The position numbers and the translations under genes were made by a program. The notes under the pieces are model-generated. The model ran no database searches and was not told where the DNA came from. It worked only from the letters and a program-made list of their open reading frames with translations. 64,000 nucleotides of DNA, from the NCBI GenBank assembly GCA_965204575.1, contig OZ241993.1, forward strand, positions 1,696,001 through 1,760,000, read 5' to 3'. Positions 19,240 to 26,966 of this stretch are shown one piece after another. This DNA is from an uncultured candidatus Porisulfidus sp. (GTDB taxonomy: Bacteria > Pseudomonadota > Gammaproteobacteria > Poriferisulfidales > Poriferisulfidaceae). The number at the start of each line of letters is the position of its first letter. Within the stretch, counting starts at the first letter, position 1.

Positions 19240-21187
19240 ACGGGCACTCCACACGCCCTACTCTTGCCGACAGTATACGTGCTGGCTGCTGGCCTTCGCC
19301 CTCCTGGCCGCCCTGCCCACTCTCGCCCCGGCAGCCAAATCCAGTGACTCCGAGCTGGCAGCCCAACGCGGGGTCTACAGTCAGGCCCTGAAAGCCCTGA
19401 AGAAAGGCCAAACCAAGCGCTTCCACCGCCTGCGCAAGCAACTCGGCGACTACCCGCTGGTCTCCTATCTCGACTACCGCTACCTGGTCGTACGCCGCGG
19501 TGGATCACACGACAAGCAGATCGCGAATTTCATCGTCGAGCATAAAGACTCCCACCTGAGCCGCCGGCTGCACAATGCCTGGTTGCGCTCCCTGTTCAAG
19601 CGTCGTCAATACACCAAGTTGATCAACTCTTACCAGGAAAACGGCGATGTCAGCCTCCAGTGCTTGTACGTCCGATCCCATATCCGCCTCAAAAGATCCA
19701 CTCAAGAGCTTGAGCCGCTGATCCATTCCATCTGGCTACACGGCAAGTCCCGGCCCAAGATCTGCGACCCCCTGTTCAAGTGGTTCCAAAGCAACGGGCT
19801 GACCAATGACCTGGTCTGGCAGCGCATCCAGTTGAGCATGGAGAAACGCAATACTCGCATGGCACGCTATCTCAAGCGCTTCCTGCCGAAAAAGGAGCGT
19901 GCCTGGGTCGACCTCTGGATCCGGGTTCACCGGAACCCGAAACGCTACCTGAGAGACCGCCGCCTTAAATCCGGTAGCCCCCACGCGAGCCGGATCGTCG
20001 CGCACGGCATCACGCGCCGTGCACGCAAAGACCCCGAAGCCGCTCACGAATGGTATCAAGGATTCCGCAAGGCCAAGGTGCTCAGCCTCAAGCAGGTCCA
20101 GGATTTGCGCTACCGCATTGCCCTGGAAGCCGCCAGCGACGGGTTGCCGCTGGCCCATTCATTGATGGAAGCCACTCCCAATTACTTGCGTGACGACACG
20201 TTCCGGCACATGCGTCTGCGCCTGGCCCTGCATGAAAGGGACTGGCAGAAGATTCTCGAGGCTGCCCAAGAACTGCCGGATGCCTATCCGTACAACCAAA
20301 TGGGCTCGTACTGGCAGGCCCGCGCGCTGAAGCAACTCGGCCGCACTGCCGAAAGTGTCAAGCTGTTCGAGGAAGTCGCCAATCACCGCAGTTACTACGG
20401 GTTCCTCGCGGCTGAACGGCTCAACCGGCCACACTCCGTGAACAATGCCCCCACTCCTCTGGAAAAGGTTTCCAGGAAAGAACCACCCGCGCTGAAGCGG
20501 GCCCGCGAGTTCCTCCATCAAGGGAGCATCATGAACGCGCGCGAAGAATGGTACGACCTGATGGATCAAGGCAGCATAGAGGAACTCAATCTTGCAGCCA
20601 TCGCCGCCAGCAACTGGGGTTGGCATGAAGGCACGATCCGCGCCTTCGGGAAAAACCGAAACTTCGACGATCTCAAGCGCCGCTTCCCGCGGGCTCACGC
20701 CAAACTGTTCGAAAGAGAGGCCCGCCGCAACAAGGTCGACTCTTCCCTGTTGTTCGCCATCTCTCGACGCGAAAGTGCTTTCGCGGCCGACACGCGCTCC
20801 CGAGCCGGGGCCGTCGGCCTGATGCAATTGATGCCGGGAACCGCACGGCAGGTCGCCCGGTCCCTCAAGCTCAAGCGCCCCCGGACCCAGTCCCTCAAAA
20901 AGCCTTCCCTGAATATCCGCCTGGGCAGCCGCTACATTGCCGACATGCTCAAGCGCTACAACGGCAACCCTGCCATGGCCCTGGCCGCCTACAACGCCGG
21001 TCCCGGAGCCGTTGACCGCTGGCGTCCCGATTTCGAGACGGATGCCGATATCTGGATCGACACCATCCCGTTCGAAGAGACCCGGAAATACGTCCGCATC
21101 GTGCTGGAATACGCCGTCATCTACCAGTGGCAGGCCGGCCGGAAAACTTCGCCGATCTGGCCGCAGATCCAGCCGATCCGCCCCTGA
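19214..21187 (+). CDS. slt: Soluble lytic murein transglycosylase Slt70
   Basis: Signal peptide, helical repeats, and SLT domain RRESAF, GAVGLMQLMP, AYNAGPG, IPFEETRKYV. Confidence 0.92.
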   Translation: MIQSQSQSIRALHTPYSCRQYTCWLLAFALLAALPTLAPAAKSSDSELAAQRGVYSQALKALKKGQTKRFHRLRKQLGDYPLVSYLDYRYLVVRRGGSHDKQIANFIVEHKDSHLSRRLHNAWLRSLFKRRQYTKLINSYQENGDVSLQCLYVRSHIRLKRSTQELEPLIHSIWLHGKSRPKICDPLFKWFQSNGLTNDLVWQRIQLSMEKRNTRMARYLKRFLPKKERAWVDLWIRVHRNPKRYLRDRRLKSGSPHASRIVAHGITRRARKDPEAAHEWYQGFRKAKVLSLKQVQDLRYRIALEAASDGLPLAHSLMEATPNYLRDDTFRHMRLRLALHERDWQKILEAAQELPDAYPYNQMGSYWQARALKQLGRTAESVKLFEEVANHRSYYGFLAAERLNRPHSVNNAPTPLEKVSRKEPPALKRAREFLHQGSIMNAREEWYDLMDQGSIEELNLAAIAASNWGWHEGTIRAFGKNRNFDDLKRRFPRAHAKLFEREARRNKVDSSLLFAISRRESAFAADTRSRAGAVGLMQLMPGTARQVARSLKLKRPRTQSLKKPSLNIRLGSRYIADMLKRYNGNPAMALAAYNAGPGAVDRWRPDFETDADIWIDTIPFEETRKYVRIVLEYAVIYQWQAGRKTSPIWPQIQPIRP

Positions 21188-21208
21188 CGGCCCGCATGCG
21201 GACTGCAA

Positions 21209-22483
21209 TCAGGCTTTCGCCGCGAGCAAGGCTTGGTCGAGATCTTCGAGAATGTCGTCGATATGCTCAATGCCGATCGACAGGCGCACCATGTCCGGGC
21301 TGACCCCGGCGGCCTTCATGGAAGCCTCGTCCAACTGGCGGTGAGTGGTGGTCGCCGGGTGGCAGGCCAGCGACTTGGCGTCCCCGATGTTGACCAGCCG
21401 GACAATCAGGTTCAGGGCATCGATAAACCGCCCGCCGGCTTCTGCGCCTCCTTTAATTCCAAAACTCAGGATGGACGAGGCCTGCCCGCCCATGTAGCGC
21501 TGCACGCGGTCGTGATGCGGATGATCCTCAAGCCCCGCGAACTGCACCCAGCCCACCTGGTTGTGCCCCTGCAGGAACTCCGCGACCTTTTGCGCGTTCT
21601 CGCAATGCCGCTCCATGCGCAACGGCAGGCTCTCGATTCCCTGCAGAACCAGGAAGCTGTTGAACGGTGACAATGCCGCGCCCATATTGCGCAACGGAAT
21701 TAGCCGGACCCGCGTAATGTAGGCTGCCGCACCCAGATCGGTGTAGACCACGCCGTGGTAGGAAGCGTCCGGCTCGCTCATCATGGGAAAACGGTCCGCG
21801 TGATCGAGCCATGGGAATTTCCCGGAATCCACCACGACACCGCCGATGGACGTGCCGTGCCCACCCATGTACTTGGTCAGGGAATGGATCACGATGTCGG
21901 CCCCGAATTCGACAGGCCGACACAGTACCGGGGTCGGAACCGTGTTGTCCACCACCAGCGGCAATCCGTGCGCATGCGACAAATCGGCCAACGCCGTCAG
22001 ATCCGCGACATTGCCAAGCGGATTCCCGATGGTCTCGCAAAAAACCAGCCGCGTATGGTCGTCAATGCTTGCCTCCATGGTTTCCAGGTCATCCGGGTCG
22101 ACGAAACGGACTTCGATGCCCAGCCTCGGCAAGGCATGCGCGAACAGGTTGTAGGTGCCACCGTACAGGGTATGCGTGGAAACAATGTTGTCACCGCTGC
22201 CCGCGATCGTGAAGATTGCATCGGTAATGGCCGCCATTCCGGAGGACAGCCCCAGCGCCCCGACGCCACCCTCCATTTCGGCAACGCGCTTCTCCAGCAC
22301 CGCCGTGGTCGGATTCATGATCCGGGTGTAGATGTTGCCCTCGACCTTGAGGTCGAACAGGTCCGCCCCGTGTTGCGTATCGTCGAAAGCGTACGACGTG
22401 GTCTGGTAGACCGGCACGGCCACCGCCTTGGTTGTGGCTTCCGGTTCGTAGCCGCCGTGCACGGCCAGAGTTTCCATCTTCAT
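21209..22483 (-). CDS. metY: O-acetylhomoserine aminocarboxypropyltransferase (sulfhydrylase)
   Basis: YTRIMNPT, HSLTKYMGGHG (PLP Lys), NIGDAKSL, HPATTTH. GAGGA precedes ATG 22483. Confidence 0.92.
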   Translation of the reverse strand: MKMETLAVHGGYEPEATTKAVAVPVYQTTSYAFDDTQHGADLFDLKVEGNIYTRIMNPTTAVLEKRVAEMEGGVGALGLSSGMAAITDAIFTIAGSGDNIVSTHTLYGGTYNLFAHALPRLGIEVRFVDPDDLETMEASIDDHTRLVFCETIGNPLGNVADLTALADLSHAHGLPLVVDNTVPTPVLCRPVEFGADIVIHSLTKYMGGHGTSIGGVVVDSGKFPWLDHADRFPMMSEPDASYHGVVYTDLGAAAYITRVRLIPLRNMGAALSPFNSFLVLQGIESLPLRMERHCENAQKVAEFLQGHNQVGWVQFAGLEDHPHHDRVQRYMGGQASSILSFGIKGGAEAGGRFIDALNLIVRLVNIGDAKSLACHPATTTHRQLDEASMKAAGVSPDMVRLSIGIEHIDDILEDLDQALLAAKA

Positions 22484-22573
22484 GTTGTCAGTCCTCAATG
22501 TCGGCCAAAACCACGCTTCCTGCATGGATTAAACTGCCAGTATATAGAATAAGTACGCTTTTCAGGCTTCTCC

Positions 22574-23356
22574 ATGTCCCCGCTGCTGCCCGTCATTTCG
22601 TTCGCCCTGTACCTGGTTGCCCTAGCGGGCATCATGTCGGACAAATTGAGTCGCAACTCCACGGCCGTCGCCTGGGCGGCAGGCTGCGTACTGCACGCCT
22701 GGGTCCTGTTCGACCCGACCGGGGCTGGAGGAAGCTTCACGTTTACCTTCTTCAATGCCATGGCGTTGACCGCCCTGCTGATCAACGCGCTGGTCCTGGC
22801 CTGGGCCGTATTCCAGCCGACCTGGCATTTGGGTCTGATTACTCTTCCCTGCGCTCTGGCCGCCATCTGGATCGAACCCGCCACAGGCTCACAGGTGACC
22901 ACCCTTCCATGGAGCGTCGGCACGCACATCATGATTTCGCTTCTGGCCTACGGCACACTGATGCTGGCCGGGGCCCAAGCCCTGATGCTGTTGCTGAAAG
23001 AACACCAACTTGCTTCTCGCCATCTAACCGACCGGATTTCTGTCCTATTGCCGCCATTGGACCGGATGGAATCTCTATTGATCAAGATTATTGCGCTGGG
23101 CCTGATCTTGCTTTCAATTGGCCTCGCTGTCGGCGGCAGTGCACTGACCGAACCGTTCAGCCCCGGCATGTTGCACAAGATGACGTTTTCCGCCTTGGCG
23201 TGGATCACACTCGTCGCGCTTCTGTGGGGACATTGGCAATTCGGCTGGCGAGGACGGCTGGCCGCCGGCATGACTCTGGCGGGTCTTGTCTTCCTGATTC
23301 TCGGTTTTCTCGGCACCAAGCTGGTTCTGGAAATAATTATTAATCAACCTGTTTAG
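22574..23356 (+). CDS. ypjD: Cytochrome c assembly family inner-membrane protein (YpjD/CcsA)
   Basis: Multi-TM; LPPLDRME..L, HKMTFS, FGWRGR and GTKLVLE motifs. Confidence 0.85.
   Translation: MSPLLPVISFALYLVALAGIMSDKLSRNSTAVAWAAGCVLHAWVLFDPTGAGGSFTFTFFNAMALTALLINALVLAWAVFQPTWHLGLITLPCALAAIWIEPATGSQVTTLPWSVGTHIMISLLAYGTLMLAGAQALMLLLKEHQLASRHLTDRISVLLPPLDRMESLLIKIIALGLILLSIGLAVGGSALTEPFSPGMLHKMTFSALAWITLVALLWGHWQFGWRGRLAAGMTLAGLVFLILGFLGTKLVLEIIINQPV
23057..23356 (+). repeat. 3' end of ypjD/ccsA, repeated in diverged form at 26605-26906
   Basis: Manual codon alignment gives about 52 mismatches in 300 bp, plus one 2-bp insertion in the copy. Confidence 0.9.
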
Positions 23357-23435
23357 TGGGATATCGTTATCTGATACACATTTCGTAAACTACTTTCATT
23401 AATTAATTTTTAAATAACTAAATAATAAAAATACC

Positions 23436-25466
23436 ATGTCAGAATTAGGCTCAGGCAGGGATGCCGTCGCAAATTACATCAATATTTGCCACACGATTGC
23501 AGATTCATACCCAGAAAGTATTGCGCATGGTTTGCAAAAAGACGCCATACAGAATTCCGTTGATGCCCGTAAAAGCAAGAGACTTCCCGTGCATGTCGAG
23601 TTCCAGGTGATTGAAAATGAGCGCGGCACTTTCTTGACTTTCACCGACAGCAATACTGTTGGGCTGACTGGGGATGTAGTGAATTCCGCATCAGATTACA
23701 GCAATCTCAGAAGCGATGACCACTGGGCACGATTTGAAGCATTCGCCTTCACCAAGGACGATCCTGATGCACTAGGTGCCAGAGGACAAGGAAAATTCAT
23801 TTTCCTTCGTGCGTCCCAGCAATACAAGATGGTGTATGACACTTTGCGAGACGACGGCACATACCGGCTTGGCGCCACGCAAGCGACGGAAACTGGTCGT
23901 CCAGTGTATCCCCAATACGGCGAAAGCTGGGAAGACTCAATTGCGGCAGCCAAGCTATTCGAGCTCTGCGGCTTAGAGCCTTTGAGGGAAGTCGGAACGA
24001 GGATTATCGTCTGTGACCCACTGCCAGAGGTTTTAGAGGAAATTGAAAGCGATGATTTCGAGAGGGCGATTCAGGAGACATGGCTTCGCGCTATTGATAA
24101 AAAACAATTGAATGTGCGAATCAATTCAGCACAAAACAGCAAGGAAATCAGTATGCCGTTTCCATATCCATTGCCTGACGTTGACACTCCGAACGTCAAA
24201 ACCTGGATATATGGCAGGGATTTTAATGATTTTGAAATCATCTCGGCTGACGGGACATTCAAGATCAAAAAGTTTCATGCTGTTTTCTTCCGTGAAAACG
24301 ACATCCGGGACGATCTCCAAGGAATTGCGATCGTGCAGAACGGCATGAAAATTTCCTCGCTTAATATGGAGATGGCTCCTGCTGATATTTCCCGAGGAAT
24401 CACTGGATTCATTGAATTCGACCGGGAGCTTGACCGAGAGTTACGCAAAGGAAGGAACCAGAGCCCGAATCATTACAGCCTGAAGTGGCGAAGCTCCACT
24501 CCACGAGCAATAAAGCAATTCATCATTAAACAGCTGGATGCGTTCGGACGACAGAAACTCGGCATTGGAGAGAATGAAAAAGAAAAGCAGAGACGTCTTC
24601 GAAATAGTGCAGAAAAGGAAGCCATGGAACTGTTCCGCCGTTTCGCTCCTGATATTGACTTGCGGACTCCACGCCCTGGACCTGGGCCGGGGCCCTCTCC
24701 AGACCCAAACCCTGATCCCAAACCGCCCCCGCACAAGGAAATTGGATTGATGGCCCGCGCAAAGTTTCCAGATGAAGGGAAAAAGCCTAGAGTCGACTGG
24801 GGTGAAACGATATTTCTGTTCGTACAGATTTTCAATAAAACTACTGATTTTGTAGAAGGGCTATTATCAGCCCGGGTTCTTTCAGGCGACTCGTGCATAG
24901 AAGTATTACTGGATAATAGTCACGTAGAGTTAGGGCCTAGCGAAAATGGGCCATTTGTAGTGAAGCCAGACAACACCTCACCAACCACGGTGGGCATTGA
25001 TGCCTCTCGCTACAAAGTCCCTGGGGAATACCGTATCAGGCTTGTGCTGACCGATGCCGAAACTGGGAGCCAGCTGGATATTCGCACAGTGAGATTCTGG
25101 GTGGAAGATAATCCTCCCCACCGCATGCCTTTTAATCTGGAACCCGCTGAACTCCCTACGCGCCGTGCGTGGCACCCCCATGGCGACCTCCACGATGACC
25201 CTACCATCTACTACAATACGTTGCACCCTGAATATCGTTGTGCGCAAGAAAGTGAAGAGGAGCAGGCTGACTATCTCTTCACCATCTGCCTAGAAGGTGC
25301 ACTGCATTTCATCCTGACCCGCCCACATACAGACCAAGGGCCTGATTACCATCCCTTGGATACTGACAAAATTGTAAAGAGTGGTGAGGATATGATGCCT
25401 GAAAAAGTCTTTGAGGAAATTAGCAGGTATATGTCGGAAGTCCTCTGGCGGCGTTTTAGAGAGTAG
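23436..25466 (+). CDS. MORC-like GHKL ATPase with Pro linker and Ig-like domain
   Basis: Bergerat motifs KDAIQNSVDA, DSNTVG, GARGQGK, GTRII; PGPGPGPSPDPNPDPKPPP linker; beta-rich domain; IYYNTLHP. Confidence 0.75.
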   Translation: MSELGSGRDAVANYINICHTIADSYPESIAHGLQKDAIQNSVDARKSKRLPVHVEFQVIENERGTFLTFTDSNTVGLTGDVVNSASDYSNLRSDDHWARFEAFAFTKDDPDALGARGQGKFIFLRASQQYKMVYDTLRDDGTYRLGATQATETGRPVYPQYGESWEDSIAAAKLFELCGLEPLREVGTRIIVCDPLPEVLEEIESDDFERAIQETWLRAIDKKQLNVRINSAQNSKEISMPFPYPLPDVDTPNVKTWIYGRDFNDFEIISADGTFKIKKFHAVFFRENDIRDDLQGIAIVQNGMKISSLNMEMAPADISRGITGFIEFDRELDRELRKGRNQSPNHYSLKWRSSTPRAIKQFIIKQLDAFGRQKLGIGENEKEKQRRLRNSAEKEAMELFRRFAPDIDLRTPRPGPGPGPSPDPNPDPKPPPHKEIGLMARAKFPDEGKKPRVDWGETIFLFVQIFNKTTDFVEGLLSARVLSGDSCIEVLLDNSHVELGPSENGPFVVKPDNTSPTTVGIDASRYKVPGEYRIRLVLTDAETGSQLDIRTVRFWVEDNPPHRMPFNLEPAELPTRRAWHPHGDLHDDPTIYYNTLHPEYRCAQESEEEQADYLFTICLEGALHFILTRPHTDQGPDYHPLDTDKIVKSGEDMMPEKVFEEISRYMSEVLWRRFRE

Positions 25467-25470
25467 TGTT

Positions 25471-26172
25471 ATGGCTGTACTTCTAAGAGTAGTCGTAAAC
25501 CTCACAGGGCAAGAAGAGGAAATCAAGGTCTACCATCCGCCTGGGGAACTTTCTAGAGAGAATCAGAAACGTGCGGACGATCTCGACGAATTTCTAGCGA
25601 AAGAAGTGCCGGTATCGGCCGAACGAACCATGCACCTGCCAGATCAGGCTCACCCTATGCGGAAGTGGTACTTATTTGGTCAGGAACTCCGGCGGATCGT
25701 GGACGGTAATGAACTAGTGCTAGATCGAGACTTGAAAGAAGGATACATATGGGAGGCAATTAAACAACACCTTCCAGAAAGTTTCGGCTTGAAGGGAGCC
25801 GGGCAGGCTCGAATGAGAAAATCAAAGACGCACCTATCTTCCAACCGGGGGCACCTACCTGTGTGCTATGCAGTAGCACATTATGGTTGGGAGGATGTGA
25901 GTTGGATTCGCCGTTGGACCGATTGGTGTGCTATTTATTACCGTGAGAGTATGTGGAAAGATCGCAGAGTACTAGTTTCTCTTCGGAAAGAGATCGAAAA
26001 CATGAAAACATACCCCAAAGGTACTGAATTCAGGGAAATCATAGGCAACTTAGCAAAGCAAACGACGAAAAAGAACCTAGAGGTGCTTGATGATTCCACT
26101 ATTGTCGAGAAGGTTCACCGTGCAGTTGTGCAAGCAAGACTCAAGAAAGACGGAACGGAAAGTTCCGAATGA
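25471..26172 (+). CDS. Hypothetical helical, Trp-rich protein coupled to the GHKL ATPase
   Basis: ATG 4 bp after the ATPase stop, 233 aa, no recognised family. Confidence 0.7.
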   Translation: MAVLLRVVVNLTGQEEEIKVYHPPGELSRENQKRADDLDEFLAKEVPVSAERTMHLPDQAHPMRKWYLFGQELRRIVDGNELVLDRDLKEGYIWEAIKQHLPESFGLKGAGQARMRKSKTHLSSNRGHLPVCYAVAHYGWEDVSWIRRWTDWCAIYYRESMWKDRRVLVSLRKEIENMKTYPKGTEFREIIGNLAKQTTKKNLEVLDDSTIVEKVHRAVVQARLKKDGTESSE

Positions 26173-26256
26173 CTGATGATGCGGTCGCATATTCGCGATT
26201 AATCCCACTATCAAACCAGAATCAAATGAAGGAAATCGTAAGTGGGTTCCATCTGC

Positions 26257-26276
26257 AGCCACTTGTGGGCTTTTTT
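26257..26276 (+). terminator. Possible intrinsic terminator
   Basis: Short AGCCAC-TT-GTGGGCT hairpin followed by a T run, downstream of the ATPase operon. Confidence 0.3.
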
Positions 26277-26319
26277 CGCCTTCAGCTTTATGAATCACCT
26301 TCCATGATAGGATCGGGCC

Positions 26320-26544
26320 ATGAGCGGATCAAGCCCCAAAAGCTATACGGCCGTTGTCGAACGTTGCCCAGATACAGGACTCTATGTCGGTTACGTCCCC
26401 GGTTTTCCCGGTGCATATAGCCAAGGTGAGACGCTTGAGGAACTCAACGACAACCTCAAGGAAGCTATCGCCATGATACTCGACGACGGCATGCCTGCAA
26501 TGGCGGGAGAATTTGTCGGCACGCAAGTTGTCGTGGTGGCCTGA
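26320..26544 (+). CDS. hicB: HicB family antitoxin
   Basis: YTAVVE..TGLYVGYVPGFPGAYSQGETLEEL..NLKEAI. Confidence 0.85.
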   Translation: MSGSSPKSYTAVVERCPDTGLYVGYVPGFPGAYSQGETLEELNDNLKEAIAMILDDGMPAMAGEFVGTQVVVVA

Positions 26545-26550
26545 GACCGA

Positions 26551-26610
26551 GTGCCTCTGGTCCCTGTCCTCAAGCCGCGAGAGGTGATAGCCCTCCCCAA
26601 AGCACTGGAC
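26551..26610 (+). pseudogene. hicA: HicA toxin 5' remnant
   Basis: GTG-PLVPVLKPREVIAL..AL matches HicA N-termini, then runs into the ccsA copy. Confidence 0.6.
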
Positions 26611-26906
26611 TGCATGGGATTCCCACTAATCAAGATTATCGTCCTTGGCCTGATTCTGCTTTCAATTGGCCTCGCACTGTCGGCGGCAGCGCACTGACCA
26701 AACCATTCAGCCCCGGGATGCTGCACAAAATGACGTTCTCCGCCTTGGCGTGGGTCACGCTCGTCGCACTTCTATGGGAACATTGGCAGTTCGGCTGGCC
26801 AGGACGGCTGGCCGCCGGCATGACGCTGGCAGGCATCGTCTTTCTAATCCTGGGTTTTCTTGGAACAAAACTGGTGCTAGAAATAATTCTAAGCCCGCCT
26901 ATTTAA
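26605..26906 (+). pseudogene. Frameshifted copy of the ypjD/ccsA 3' end
   Basis: Encodes HKMTFSALAW...FGW.GRLAAG...GTKLVLE, with a 2-bp insertion near 26675. Confidence 0.9.
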
Positions 26907-26966
26907 CCAACTCAAAACTGTCATGGGGCAATTTGAAGAATATATCACGCTCCGATGACGCTGAGA

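Noticed and set aside
24670-24732. Repeat-like DNA inside the GHKL gene
   Set aside because: It simply encodes a PG/PD proline linker and is not an array.
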